NCBI GenBank assembly: GCA_964522435.1
Contig: CAZFUL010000002.1
Coordinates: 44,631 to 108,630 of the forward strand
DNA: 64,000 nt
Source: an uncultured Gammaproteobacteria bacterium
GTDB taxonomy: Bacteria > Patescibacteriota > Patescibacteriia > Magasanikbacterales > UBA922
Reading direction: 5' to 3'
The notes under the pieces are model-generated. The model made no database searches. It was not told where the DNA came from and worked only from the letters and a program-made list of their open reading frames with translations. Positions 1-10,477 of this stretch are shown piece by piece. How positions within the stretch are numbered: the first letter of the stretch is position 1; each line of letters begins with the position of its first letter. The translations under genes and the position numbers were made by a program.

Positions 1-112
1 AACAGATGCCTGTGTTCCTTGTACCATGCCAGATCAACTTCCGCGCGTGAAAGGATTTTCTGATGTGCACCATGACCTTTCGTTTACAGGTCTTTGTAGC
101 GCGTGTAGATAA
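1..112 (+). CDS. zur: Fur-family regulator (probable Zur), 3' end only, truncated by window
   Basis: Frame from nt 2 reads ...VKGFSDVHHDLSFTGLCSACR*, the Fur/Zur C-terminal H-x-L-x-F-x-G-L-CxxC signature; directly upstream of znuCB; not in the ORF track. Confidence 0.75.
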   Translation, partial: TDACVPCTMPDQLPRVKGFSDVHHDLSFTGLCSACR

Positions 113-223
113 TAGTATATTTTATACTGAGCCTGCCCATATTTCTTTTTCGCCTGTGCTTTTTCAAGAGCAACGGCTCAAAAGTAACATGAGCAGGCTC
201 AGAGAGAAAAAACATATATACAT

Positions 224-958
224 ATGCAACAAGAGTTTATTCAGGTAGATCATATCAATAAAACATACGGAGATATTAGCGCGGTAGAAGACGTGAGTTT
301 TTCTATTCCTGCAGGAGAAATTGTTGCGATTGTTGGACCAAACGGATCGGGAAAATCCACCTTAGTAAAAATGATGGCTGGACTCATTACGCCAACAAGT
401 GGCACAATTACGATTGATGGAAAACCTCCGGCACAAGCGAGAAAAAAACTCGCCTATGTGCCGCAGCACTTTTCTTTTGATAAAACATTGCCTATTACCA
501 TAAAAGAGTTTTTACTCATTGCTCTTGAAACAGAAACAGAGACACCAGCACATACCCGTGTCATAAATGCACTATCCTTTGTTGGCTTAACTGATCAGAT
601 AGATAAACAGTTAGGCACGCTCTCTGGAGGACAGTTGCAACGGGTACTCATTGCCCGTGCTATTTTAGAAAAAAAACAATTGTTGATTCTTGATGAACCA
701 TCAAGTGGCATTGATGTATCAGCAGAACAAGAAATTCATCTATTGCTTAAAGCTATGAATGTTGAATATGGGACAACGATTGTAATTATTTCGCATGAAC
801 TTGATTTTGTGAGTTCTTTTGCACACAGTGTGCTTTGTTTAAATAAACAAAAAGTGTGTTATGGCGCGGTCGTAGATATGCTTACTAATCCAGAAATTTT
901 GCATAAATTATATGGAACTGTTGTGCCAATGAGCCAACACAAACATGACCATATTTAA
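224..958 (+). CDS. znuC: Zn/Mn ABC transporter ATP-binding subunit
   Basis: Walker A GPNGSGKST, LSGGQ signature, LILDEP, YVPQ, His-rich C-terminus. Confidence 0.9.
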   Translation: MQQEFIQVDHINKTYGDISAVEDVSFSIPAGEIVAIVGPNGSGKSTLVKMMAGLITPTSGTITIDGKPPAQARKKLAYVPQHFSFDKTLPITIKEFLLIALETETETPAHTRVINALSFVGLTDQIDKQLGTLSGGQLQRVLIARAILEKKQLLILDEPSSGIDVSAEQEIHLLLKAMNVEYGTTIVIISHELDFVSSFAHSVLCLNKQKVCYGAVVDMLTNPEILHKLYGTVVPMSQHKHDHI

Positions 959-966
959 TATTTTTT

Positions 967-1761
967 ATGATTGAATTACTTCAATTTCCTTTTATTCAAC
1001 GGGCACTTATTGGAGGCAGTATTATTGCGTTGTTGCTTGGTTGGATGGGAGTCTATGTGACCAGTAAACAAATGAGTTTTGTGGGTGAAGGGGTCGCGCA
1101 TGCCTCTCTTGCGGCTATTGCTTTGGCATTATTATTAGGCATACCACCACTGCCCACTGCGATTATCTTTAGTATCTTCTTAGGGATGGTGATGTTTTAT
1201 GTAGAAAAAAAATCAACTGTTTCTCGAGATACGGCTATTGGGATTGTTTTTTCTTTTGGGGTAGCCATAGGGATTATATTATTACAATTTTATGATGGCT
1301 ATGTTCCCGAGTTAATGAGTTTTTTGTTTGGAAATATTTTAACCGTGAGTACGCTCGATCTGGGTATTATGGCCGGAGTCACCGCAATGGTGGGAATGCT
1401 GTTGTATATATACCGAAGACAATTTTTGTTTAGTACGGTTGATCCAGAAGGGGCATATTTAAGTGGCATTCATCGAGATTTTTTTGAACTACTTATGTAT
1501 GTGATTACTGCCGTTTCTGTTGTGGTGAGTGTGAAAATGATTGGTATTGTTCTTGTGACGGCCTTATTAGTTATTCCGGCAGCAATTATGCGTTCGTTTT
1601 CTCGTTCATTTCGCTCGTTTGTTGTTGGAACAATGATATGTAGTTTTCTTATTGTGGAATTAGGATTATTTCTTTCTTTTTTTCTGGATTGGCCATCGGG
1701 CGCTACGATTGTTTGCGTTGGATCACTGATATTTTTACTCACTCGTTTTATAAAAAAATAA
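967..1761 (+). CDS. znuB: Zn/Mn ABC transporter permease (ABC-3 family)
   Basis: Hydrophobic; GEGVAHAS, SFLFGNIL and PSGATIV motifs of ABC-3 permeases. Confidence 0.9.
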   Translation: MIELLQFPFIQRALIGGSIIALLLGWMGVYVTSKQMSFVGEGVAHASLAAIALALLLGIPPLPTAIIFSIFLGMVMFYVEKKSTVSRDTAIGIVFSFGVAIGIILLQFYDGYVPELMSFLFGNILTVSTLDLGIMAGVTAMVGMLLYIYRRQFLFSTVDPEGAYLSGIHRDFFELLMYVITAVSVVVSVKMIGIVLVTALLVIPAAIMRSFSRSFRSFVVGTMICSFLIVELGLFLSFFLDWPSGATIVCVGSLIFLLTRFIKK

Positions 1762-1775
1762 GCAGGAGTACCTGC

Positions 1776-2699
1776 TTATTTTTTTTGAAGGATCGCTTCT
1801 ACATTATAGTTGATAAGATCAATATACGTTTCTGTTTCTTTTGATCCACCTAAGGGATCAAGCACGCCAATCGTAATATTATAATCATCTGCAAAGCGGG
1901 TAAGCACGCTAGAGGAGAGTTGTGGCTCACGATACACGCGGGTAACGTTGTGTTCTTCTATAATACTCTGTAACTCTTGCAAATATTGTGCGGTTGGTTC
2001 TTTTCCTGCAAATGGTTCCACTGTTGCTACAACGTTGATATTAAAATGATCAGCAAAGTAGGCAAAGGCGTTATGAAAGGTGATGATATTTTTATCCTCA
2101 AGCGTAGCAAGTTGTTCAGTCCAGATAGCGTCTTGTTCTTGTATACGTTGTTTTAATGCACTTGCCCGTTCACTATAAAGCGTTGCGTTATCCGGATCAT
2201 TTCCTGCAATATAGTTACTCATCGTATCAATAATGATAATCATGTTATTTGGATCAAGCCAGTAATGCGGGTCATAGGCTCCTGTTTCTTCTTCATGATG
2301 AGTTGCGTTATGGTCTTCCTCATGGTCATCATGATGGGTATATTCTTTAAGAGGAATACGTAGGTCGACCGTAATTTTTTGTGCGCTATCAATTTGTGGC
2401 ATGATAGCATCAACCCAGTTATCTAGCTCTTGTCCTATAGCAAATATAATATCAGCGCCTTGTGCTTTTTTAATTGTCGTACTTTTTGGCTCATACAAGT
2501 GTTCGCTTACCCCTGCAGGTAATAAAAGGACAACGTCTGTTTCATTTCCTGCAATAGTTTTTGCGACATCATAAAGGGGGTAAATAGTTGTTGCTACTTT
2601 TGGTTTTTGGGCGATAGGGCCACGGGGTTGTTGTATGATGGCATAATAGATTCCTGTGACGATGAGTACAATAATAAGTAAGGGGAGGTATTTTTTCAT
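1776..2699 (-). CDS. znuA: Zn ABC transporter substrate-binding protein
   Basis: Likely start MKKYLPLL at 2699; SEHLYEP, His/Asp-rich loop, DPHYWLDP, FHNAFAYF. Confidence 0.9.
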   Translation of the reverse strand: MKKYLPLLIIVLIVTGIYYAIIQQPRGPIAQKPKVATTIYPLYDVAKTIAGNETDVVLLLPAGVSEHLYEPKSTTIKKAQGADIIFAIGQELDNWVDAIMPQIDSAQKITVDLRIPLKEYTHHDDHEEDHNATHHEEETGAYDPHYWLDPNNMIIIIDTMSNYIAGNDPDNATLYSERASALKQRIQEQDAIWTEQLATLEDKNIITFHNAFAYFADHFNINVVATVEPFAGKEPTAQYLQELQSIIEEHNVTRVYREPQLSSSVLTRFADDYNITIGVLDPLGGSKETETYIDLINYNVEAILQKK

Positions 2700-2734
2700 A
2701 GAATAAAAAGATGTAATATATAAAGGGTAAGAGT

Positions 2735-2764
2735 ATTGTAGTGCAACACGGTTGCATTTGTCAA
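2735..2764 (-). promoter_or_regulatory. znuA sigma70 promoter with Zur-box-like palindrome in the spacer
   Basis: TTGACA-N18-TACAAT on the minus strand; TGCAAC-ACG-GTTGCA at 2742-2756. Confidence 0.7.
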
Positions 2765-2766
2765 GC

Positions 2767-3984
2767 CTATGTATTGGGGGAGGCAATTTGAGCTCCTTTA
2801 GGCATGCGGAAAAAAACAATCGTAATAATACACAGCAAGGAAGCAAGCATATACGGGTAGAGCATACTTTTTGTAATAAGGAGTGCCGCAATAAGCATAA
2901 TAGGAACTTCAAGGATACTTTTACATATATTAGTTAACGATAAACTCGTTGCTCTATTAAACGATTTCATTTTTTTATTAAGGTATGTGCTATACAGCGG
3001 GTTGCGTGTATTTTCTAGCATGGCAAAAAAAATAAAACAGCTGTAGAGAATATAGGGATTGGGTAATAACCATGCAAAGAGTAAAAAAAATACGGTCATG
3101 AGGGTTGTCATAGCGGTCATTCTATTGATTGTTTTTTCTAATGGTAACGAAATACGGGGAAGAATGTATCGAGAAATAATGTATGATCCTAATTGCATAA
3201 GTGACCAACCTATGCCAATAGCTAAGAGAGATATTCCCAGACTGCTGTAATACACTTGGGAATATTGCCACACCATAAGAGAGGCAATAAAAGGGAGCAG
3301 ACGATTAATAATTGCGTAGAGTATCTCATGATCTTTTTTTATGAGAATAACGGCATCATGAAGAATACCAGCGTTTTGTTCTTCGATATCGTGAGTATGT
3401 TGTGGTTCCGTAAGACGGAGGCTAAATATTGCTGCAATAAGGGTGAAACATATATCGAGAACAATGATGAGTTGAAATTGCCATTCTAATAAATCTTTTG
3501 CTAAAAGAACAGCGATGATAGGGGTGATAATTTTAAAAAATCGTTTAGCAGAATAATAATGAGATAAATGTTTTAATCCATGAGAACCGTCTTCGCCTAA
3601 TTCTTTGGCACTATCATAGAGCAATGCCTCATCTGTTCCAGACATCATCGCAACGTTAATACCATATAAGGCTGCCCCAATAGCAAAGATGATAAAAGAA
3701 TCAGCAAAAAAATAGAATACCCAATACAATAGGCCTAAGATAACTCCCAACATGATTGTTTTTTTTCTTCCCCAACGATCGGCGAGATAGCTCGAGGGTA
3801 CTTCGGTGAGTGTATTTGCAATAGCCCAAATTATTCCTAGGTATAGTATCTCAGATAACGAAAGTCCTCTGTGGAGATAAAATAATGAAGAAATTGCACC
3901 AAATAACCGGGCATTCATACATGCTTGGATCCAAAAGGTATAGGAGACATTCTTGCGTAACCCCTGAGCGCGTACGGCATCCAT
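2767..3984 (-). CDS. MFS transporter
   Basis: EVPSSYLADRWGRKK (MFS motif A), SGTDEALLYDS, about 12 hydrophobic segments. Confidence 0.85.
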   Translation of the reverse strand: MDAVRAQGLRKNVSYTFWIQACMNARLFGAISSLFYLHRGLSLSEILYLGIIWAIANTLTEVPSSYLADRWGRKKTIMLGVILGLLYWVFYFFADSFIIFAIGAALYGINVAMMSGTDEALLYDSAKELGEDGSHGLKHLSHYYSAKRFFKIITPIIAVLLAKDLLEWQFQLIIVLDICFTLIAAIFSLRLTEPQHTHDIEEQNAGILHDAVILIKKDHEILYAIINRLLPFIASLMVWQYSQVYYSSLGISLLAIGIGWSLMQLGSYIISRYILPRISLPLEKTINRMTAMTTLMTVFFLLFAWLLPNPYILYSCFIFFAMLENTRNPLYSTYLNKKMKSFNRATSLSLTNICKSILEVPIMLIAALLITKSMLYPYMLASLLCIITIVFFRMPKGAQIASPNT

Positions 3985-3987
3985 AGA

Positions 3988-5370
3988 TTATAAGAAAAAT
4001 TTATCAGCAATAGTATAGATACTGAATATGCCAAAGATGATAAAAATAATCAAGAGAATTGCTTTTCGCCAAAGTTTTGCCTGTACTTCTTTTGGCAGTT
4101 GATGATGATTCATCCAATTTACTAATCCTACATGAACAAACATGGCAACGGCATTAATGATTGCTCCAAGCGTAATAAGAAACCGTGGTTCAGAAATATT
4201 TAATATAAATAACATACAGCCAAATGCAATTTGTGACCAAAGAAAGATATAGTACAGACGAGAAAGATTTACTGTTGGGGTTTGTTGTTTTTCTATTTTT
4301 TTGATAGCCGCATTTTCTGCCATGATGCGACTGGTAGAATCGAGAATTCCCAGTTGTGTTTGAAATAACATGATCATGACCGCGATTAAAAACAGGAGAC
4401 CCACAAAGGGGTGAATGTGTTCTGCGATCATGGCGCCTTCTGCTAACACAAATTGAATGCCTTGCCCCGTCGTGTTTTTGCCATAGGTCGTTGCATAGGA
4501 CAACAGCATAAGTAAGAGCATCGCAACGGCACCCATAAACCAAAAGACAATGAGATGTTCTATATTCACCCGTCTCCACCACACATGAAAGCGAGACAGA
4601 TTTTCTTTGTTGATAGAAAACGTTTTTCCACTCAGTTTTATTTGCTGTGCTTCTTTGCTTCTAAATAAGCCAGAGATTTTTTGTGCATAGGCACCCATGC
4701 CATAGCCTTTTTCTTTAATATAAATAGATTGGGTTAAATTCAAATTGCCTCCTGCTCCAGAATAGGCAAAGGCGGCAAAAAAAGAGGCAAAAGCAATACC
4801 TTCTGGCAGCCAGCGGTATCCGTCTCCATAGCCCAGTAATCCACTACCAAGCGCGGCCCAGTCAGCACCGCTTACAATAATAAGCGCAAGAATAAAAATA
4901 AACGGTACCGCAATAAAAATAATGGTCTGTGTTGTTTTTTCCATGAAATTATAGACGGTTTTTCCTAAACTGAGCATAAGTCCCATAGCAACAAGCATAA
5001 GAATCGCGAGGAAGCGATAATCTTGTATGTGCAAAAGTGACCCAAGCACTTGCGCAGACGCAGCGACAATACCAGGTAAGCCAAAGCCTATAAAAGTAGA
5101 AAGAATAAACCAGTAGGGGGCCAGGCGCCATTGTTTTGCTAAACCAACAAACACACTTTCTCCTTTTACCAGGGCATAGCGTTCAATTTCCATATTCATG
5201 AAAAATTGAAAAGTAATACCCAGTACCGCCCCCCAAGCAATGCCAAGCCCAACGGTTGAGGCTAAATAGGGCCATAAAATAACTTCGCCAGAACCAAGTC
5301 CTAAGGCCAAAATAATAAAACTCGGGCCAAGGAGTTTTTTTAGGGAGAGTGGGGGAGGGAGGGGATTCAT
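3988..5370 (-). CDS. Nramp-related divalent cation transporter-like membrane protein
   Basis: LGPSFIILALGLGSGE..WP N-terminal motif, many TM helices; lacks canonical DPGN; start taken at MNPLPP. Confidence 0.65.
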   Translation of the reverse strand: MNPLPPPLSLKKLLGPSFIILALGLGSGEVILWPYLASTVGLGIAWGAVLGITFQFFMNMEIERYALVKGESVFVGLAKQWRLAPYWFILSTFIGFGLPGIVAASAQVLGSLLHIQDYRFLAILMLVAMGLMLSLGKTVYNFMEKTTQTIIFIAVPFIFILALIIVSGADWAALGSGLLGYGDGYRWLPEGIAFASFFAAFAYSGAGGNLNLTQSIYIKEKGYGMGAYAQKISGLFRSKEAQQIKLSGKTFSINKENLSRFHVWWRRVNIEHLIVFWFMGAVAMLLLMLLSYATTYGKNTTGQGIQFVLAEGAMIAEHIHPFVGLLFLIAVMIMLFQTQLGILDSTSRIMAENAAIKKIEKQQTPTVNLSRLYYIFLWSQIAFGCMLFILNISEPRFLITLGAIINAVAMFVHVGLVNWMNHHQLPKEVQAKLWRKAILLIIFIIFGIFSIYTIADKFFL

Positions 5371-5468
5371 ATTGAGTATATAAATAGTTGACAACAAGCT
5401 TGTTTATATTCTAGCATACTTTGTCCTTTGGGCCATCTCTGGTTGTCAACTCTATTTTAGAGGGAAAC

Positions 5469-5690
5469 ATGACACAAGACGATTTTCAAAAAAAGTTGGA
5501 CGATCTCAAAAAAAAAGGGTTTACAGATGCGGTCATTTGTCTGACTCAAACATCGATCCATCGAGTTCCTATCTACACTATTCGAGTACGACCAGGGGTA
5601 GTTATCTACCGAGACATCAACATGTCTTTTGGGTCGCAGATCACTATGGCGTATGAAGAAATCATAGATCTGAAAGGATTCAAGTCGTAG
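5469..5690 (+). CDS. Small hypothetical protein (73 aa)
   Basis: ATG preceded by AGAGGG; upstream TTGACA-N18-TAGCAT (5388-5417); hairpin downstream. Confidence 0.55.
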   Translation: MTQDDFQKKLDDLKKKGFTDAVICLTQTSIHRVPIYTIRVRPGVVIYRDINMSFGSQITMAYEEIIDLKGFKS

Positions 5691-5839
5691 GGAGTAGCCT
5701 TCCGTGTTTGTCCCCTCCGTGGCGCAACAAACACGGGGGCAAACACAGTATCACTCATAAAGAGTGTTTTTTTGTTTATGCCAGCGTATAACAGCGCTTG
5801 GTTGCCTCGGCCCCTGAAATAGGCTATCATACTGACACT

Positions 5840-8800
5840 ATGAGCGATTTTGTCCATCTTCACGTCCATTCCCATTATTCTCTTTTAAATGGGTTAACTA
5901 AGGTAAAAGACCTGGTAAAAACCGCGAAAAAACGTGGCTTTACGGCTATTGCCTTAACAGACTATGGCGCATTATATGGTGCCATAGAATTTTATCGTGC
6001 CTGTTTAGAAAACGAAATAAAACCAATTATTGGCTTTGAGGCCGCTATTGCGCCACGATTACATACAGATAAAGACCCTGAAAAAGATAAAGAGATCCAT
6101 AGTTTGGTGTTGTTGGCACAAAATTATGACGGGTATAGAAACTTGATGAAGTTAAGTTCCATTGGTCAAGTTGATGGGTTATTTTTAGATACCGCAAGAA
6201 TTGATAAAACACTGTTGAAAGAATATGGCAATAATATTATTGCCTTATCTGGATCTATGGATGGGGAGATTCCTAGTTTATTGCATAAAGGACATTATGA
6301 TAAAGCACTGCAAGTAGCAAAAGAATACAATACTCTATTTGGCCAGGATAATTTTTATTTAGAATTGCAAGATCATCCAGCAAAAGAAGGGCAGTTAGCG
6401 GTAAATACGCAGTTAATGCAATTATCAAAAGAAACGGGTATTCCGGTGGTAGCCACTCGAGATGTGCATTACTTGAATCCAGAACAAGCAGATGCGCAAG
6501 ATATTATGCGTTGTATTAGTGAAGGCTGGAAAGTGCACTATACCGATAGAGAGGATTATCGTCATATTGATCGTTCACTGAATACGGCTGAAGATATTAG
6601 TTCCCGTTTTCGTCATATCCCTGAAGCAATTCAAAATACTCGTCGTATTGCTGACAGAATACAAATTGATATCAAACTCGATGATTGGCATTTTGCGCCG
6701 GTACCATTGGATCCAGGAAAAACCTATGACGAGATGCTTCGCGATAATGCTTTTTTAGCTGCGCCGAGTTTCTATCCGGACATGGGAGAAGAAGTTGTTA
6801 CGCGGTTGAATTATGAATTAGATATTATTAAAACAAAAAAATATTCTCCCTACTTTTTGTGTGTGGCGGACTTTGTGCGGTATGCAAAAGAACAGGGAAT
6901 TGTAGAATCAACCCGTGGGTCAGCGGCAGGATCCCTTGTATCGTATGTATTAGGAGTGACAACGGTTGACCCGCTTCGTTTTAAGTTACCTTTTGAACGC
7001 TTTTTAAATCCATTTCGTCCTTCTGCTCCAGATATTGATACGGACTTTGCTGATGACCGTAGACAAGACATGATTGAGTATGTGACCAAAAAATATGGCG
7101 TTGATAAAGTGGCACAAATTATTACCTTTGGAACCATGCAAGCCCGTGCCGCTGTTCGGGATGTGGGGCGAGCATTGGGATTTTCGTATAACTTTTGTGA
7201 TCAAGTTGCCAAGTTGATTCCTCCTGGAGCACAAGGCTTTCCCATGACGATTGATCGAGCACTCCAAGAAGAGCCTGATTTAAAAAAATTGTATGATACG
7301 AATCCAGATGTGTCTCGTTTATTAACCTTGGCAAAACAAGTAGAAGGTTGTGCCCGCCATACCTCTATTCATGCGGCTGGGGTGGTGATTTCTCCAACAC
7401 CGCTGACCGATTACACACCAATACAGCGCGAAGTTGGGGGTGACAAAATTGTCACCCAATATGAAATGAAATCAGTCGAAGCTGCTGGCGTATTAAAAAA
7501 TGATTTTTTGGGTATCCGAAATTTATCTATTTTAGGAAATGCGGTTAATATTGTGAAGAAAACAACCGGGGATGATGTTGATATTTATCATCTGCCACTC
7601 GACGATCAAAAAGTGTATGCCATGTTAGCACGGGGAGAAACCATGGGGGTGTTTCAAATGGGAGGCTCTGGTATGACGCGCTGGTTAAAAGAACTGAAAC
7701 CCAACCGTATTGAAGATATTATGGCCATGGTTGCGCTGTATCGCCCAGGGCCAATGGAATCTATTCCAGAATATATTCGACGCAAATATAATCCAGCCTT
7801 AGTAGAATATCCTGATCCTCGTTTGGAAAAAATTCTCGAAGCTTCGTATGGGCTGCTCGTCTATCAAGACGATGTTATGTTAACTGCTATTGAATTAGCA
7901 GGCTACGATTGGATGGAGGCAGATAAATTTAGAAAAGCCATGGGAAAAAAGATTCCAGAAGAAATGGCAAAACAAAAAATACAATTTTACCAAGGATGTA
8001 AAACACATGGAAAATTAAAACAAGAAACCATTGATGCACTCTGGAGAGCCATTGAACCATTTGCTGCCTATGGGTTTAATAAAGCACATGCCGCAAGTTA
8101 TGGTATTGTTGCCTATCAAACTGCCTATATGAAAGCGCATTATCCGGTACAGTTTATGACCGCGGTATTGCAAGCAGAATCTGGCGATAATGATAAAGTG
8201 GCTGCGATTGTTGCGGAGTGTCGTCGTATGCATATTGATGTGCGTCCGCCAGATGTGAACGAAAGTTTTAAAAGTTTTGCCATGACCTCTGCACAAGGGG
8301 AGCCTGGTGTTATTCGGTTTGGATTAATGGCGATTAAAAATGTGGGTGAACATATTTGTGAAACTATTTATCGAGAAAGAAAACAAGGCGGCGCGTTTAC
8401 GAGTCTGGAAAACTTTTTAGAACGGATTCAGGATAAAGACATGAACAAACGCTCATTAGAGCATTTAATTAAGTCTGGTGCGCTTGACTGTTTTTCAGAA
8501 GATCGTGGCGTCTTATTATCTAATTTAGAGCACTTGTTATTTTTTAACAAGCAAGTGAAAGAAGCAAGCACGAGTAATCAAGGGTCATTATTTGCGGGTA
8601 CCTCAATGGCATTGGATCATAAGGTGGTGTTAAAACCGGCTGCAACCGCGACCTTAGAAGAAAAATTATTGTGGGAAAAAGAATTTTTAGGGATCTATGT
8701 GTCTTCTCATCCCTGTTTACCCTTTGAAAAACGATTAAAACAGGTTATTACTTTTTTGCAAGATATTGAATCTAGTCCACGGGATAGTTGGGTGGTGGTG

Positions 8801-9343
8801 ATGGGCGTGGTAGATAGCATTAAAAAGAAAATTACCAAAAAAGGGTCGATTATGCTTTTTGTTACGATTCAAGATACCACCAGTGCAATGGAATTACTTA
8901 TCTTTCCCAAGGTCTATGAAAAAACACAAAGTATTTGGCATGAAGGAAGCATTGTGTGTGTGGTAGGAAAAACGCCAAAAGAAGAGGGAGATAATAAAAT
9001 CTTTGCAGAAAATGTTCATCCTATCAACAAAGAGAGTATTGATCGGGTCGCTTCTCAATTGTTATTGGGTCAAGGAACGCTCAGTACAAAACAGGCCTCT
9101 TCTCGCGCGAGCACGTCCAAAGAAATTACGGCAGTGATATTAACACTTTCTACCTCAGAGTTAACCCAATATGAAGCTGCCTTAAAACAGTTGTTTAGTG
9201 AACATGGTGGTACTTGCGAGGTGCGCATTCGTGTTGGGAATACCTTAATGCGTTTACCAACAGGAGTGTTGTGGCAGCCAGTATTGAAAGAAGCCTTAGT
9301 TGCTTTGATTGGGCTAAACAATATTGAAGAAGTGCAGAGTTAA
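5840..9343 (+). CDS. dnaE: DNA polymerase III alpha subunit
   Basis: PHP motif HLHVHSHYS, RGSAAGSLV, PDIDTDF, YGFNKAHA, C-terminal OB fold; start MSDFVHL at 5840. Confidence 0.97.
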   Translation: MSDFVHLHVHSHYSLLNGLTKVKDLVKTAKKRGFTAIALTDYGALYGAIEFYRACLENEIKPIIGFEAAIAPRLHTDKDPEKDKEIHSLVLLAQNYDGYRNLMKLSSIGQVDGLFLDTARIDKTLLKEYGNNIIALSGSMDGEIPSLLHKGHYDKALQVAKEYNTLFGQDNFYLELQDHPAKEGQLAVNTQLMQLSKETGIPVVATRDVHYLNPEQADAQDIMRCISEGWKVHYTDREDYRHIDRSLNTAEDISSRFRHIPEAIQNTRRIADRIQIDIKLDDWHFAPVPLDPGKTYDEMLRDNAFLAAPSFYPDMGEEVVTRLNYELDIIKTKKYSPYFLCVADFVRYAKEQGIVESTRGSAAGSLVSYVLGVTTVDPLRFKLPFERFLNPFRPSAPDIDTDFADDRRQDMIEYVTKKYGVDKVAQIITFGTMQARAAVRDVGRALGFSYNFCDQVAKLIPPGAQGFPMTIDRALQEEPDLKKLYDTNPDVSRLLTLAKQVEGCARHTSIHAAGVVISPTPLTDYTPIQREVGGDKIVTQYEMKSVEAAGVLKNDFLGIRNLSILGNAVNIVKKTTGDDVDIYHLPLDDQKVYAMLARGETMGVFQMGGSGMTRWLKELKPNRIEDIMAMVALYRPGPMESIPEYIRRKYNPALVEYPDPRLEKILEASYGLLVYQDDVMLTAIELAGYDWMEADKFRKAMGKKIPEEMAKQKIQFYQGCKTHGKLKQETIDALWRAIEPFAAYGFNKAHAASYGIVAYQTAYMKAHYPVQFMTAVLQAESGDNDKVAAIVAECRRMHIDVRPPDVNESFKSFAMTSAQGEPGVIRFGLMAIKNVGEHICETIYRERKQGGAFTSLENFLERIQDKDMNKRSLEHLIKSGALDCFSEDRGVLLSNLEHLLFFNKQVKEASTSNQGSLFAGTSMALDHKVVLKPAATATLEEKLLWEKEFLGIYVSSHPCLPFEKRLKQVITFLQDIESSPRDSWVVVMGVVDSIKKKITKKGSIMLFVTIQDTTSAMELLIFPKVYEKTQSIWHEGSIVCVVGKTPKEEGDNKIFAENVHPINKESIDRVASQLLLGQGTLSTKQASSRASTSKEITAVILTLSTSELTQYEAALKQLFSEHGGTCEVRIRVGNTLMRLPTGVLWQPVLKEALVALIGLNNIEEVQS

Positions 9344-10389
9344 GAGGCTGGTTGATAGGCTTCGTATACTTTCCAATTAGGAGAGGCAGAGATATGTTGA
9401 AGCGAAGCGGTTGTTTTTTCTTGTGCATAATATGCCGCAACCGCAATCATTGCAGCATTGTCCATACTATATTTTCTCGGACAAAGTCGTAGCGGAACAC
9501 GGAGCGCTGTTTCAAGACCTATGCGTAACTGCATATTTGCACTTACCCCACCGGCAAGTACCACTTGTTTGGGCTGGTATTGTGTAACCGCTCGTATTGT
9601 TTTTTGCACTAATACATCCACAATCGCTTCTTGGGCACTGGCAGCAACATCATATTGTTGTGGCTCTGTAAGTGTATAGCTCTGGTGATGTTTTGTGCCA
9701 TGTTCTTGAAGCCAATACAACACGGCTGTTTTTAATCCCGCAAAACTCATATCATATGTATCCATATCTCGCATGGGACGAGGGAATGCAATTGCCTGTG
9801 GATTTCCTTTTTCGGCTAATCGAGCAATCTGTGGTCCGCCGGGGTATGGGAGGCCCATCATTTTTGCTATTTTATCAAAGGCTTCTCCTGCCGCATCATC
9901 ACGAGTACTGCCAATTTTTTTGTAGTCGCCATGATTGTTCATAAGAAGTAATTCCGTATGGCCACCACTCACCACAAGGCAAAGGGCGGGAAATTGTATG
10001 TTTGCCGTTGGTGCTGCCCCTTGTTCTGGTAATAATACCGAATGAATATGGCCATCAATATGATTTATCGGAATAAGCGGAATGTTCCAGAGATAGGCAA
10101 GAGATTTTGCGGCTTCTATCCCCACTAATAATCCACTCATGAGTCCTGGACCTGCGGTTACGGCAATAGCGTCTGGTGTTTTTTGATCCTGCATAACCGC
10201 AGCAATAACAGGAACAATTTGTTCTGCGTGTTTTCTGCCGGCAATCTCAGGAATAACCCCACCGTATTGTTGATGAATATCAATTTGGCTAAAGGTTTTT
10301 TCACTGATCACCTGAATGTGAGTATCGCTTATGTCAATCAGGGCGGCAGACGTGTCATCGCAAGATGATTCAATACCAAGGATACGCAT
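9340..10389 (-). CDS. tsaD: tRNA threonylcarbamoyladenosine transferase TsaD
   Basis: MRILGIESSCDDT, HIDGH, VSGGHT, DDAAGEAFDK, DNAAMIA. Confidence 0.95.
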   Translation of the reverse strand: MRILGIESSCDDTSAALIDISDTHIQVISEKTFSQIDIHQQYGGVIPEIAGRKHAEQIVPVIAAVMQDQKTPDAIAVTAGPGLMSGLLVGIEAAKSLAYLWNIPLIPINHIDGHIHSVLLPEQGAAPTANIQFPALCLVVSGGHTELLLMNNHGDYKKIGSTRDDAAGEAFDKIAKMMGLPYPGGPQIARLAEKGNPQAIAFPRPMRDMDTYDMSFAGLKTAVLYWLQEHGTKHHQSYTLTEPQQYDVAASAQEAIVDVLVQKTIRAVTQYQPKQVVLAGGVSANMQLRIGLETALRVPLRLCPRKYSMDNAAMIAVAAYYAQEKTTASLQHISASPNWKVYEAYQPAS

Positions 10390-10423
10390 AGAAGATATAA
10401 AATAATAACAGTGGTATGGTAAC

Positions 10424-10451
10424 AAAAAAATGGCGGTTAGGCCATTTTTTT
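10424..10451 (-). terminator. Intrinsic terminator downstream of tRNA-Glu
   Basis: A-tract-TGGC-loop-GCCA-T-tract hairpin. Confidence 0.55.
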
Positions 10452-10477
10452 AAAACGGCGAGTACCGTTTTTCGTTG

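Noticed and set aside
5840-9343. Intein or split in dnaE
   Set aside because: Normal length with continuous motifs; no intein signatures seen
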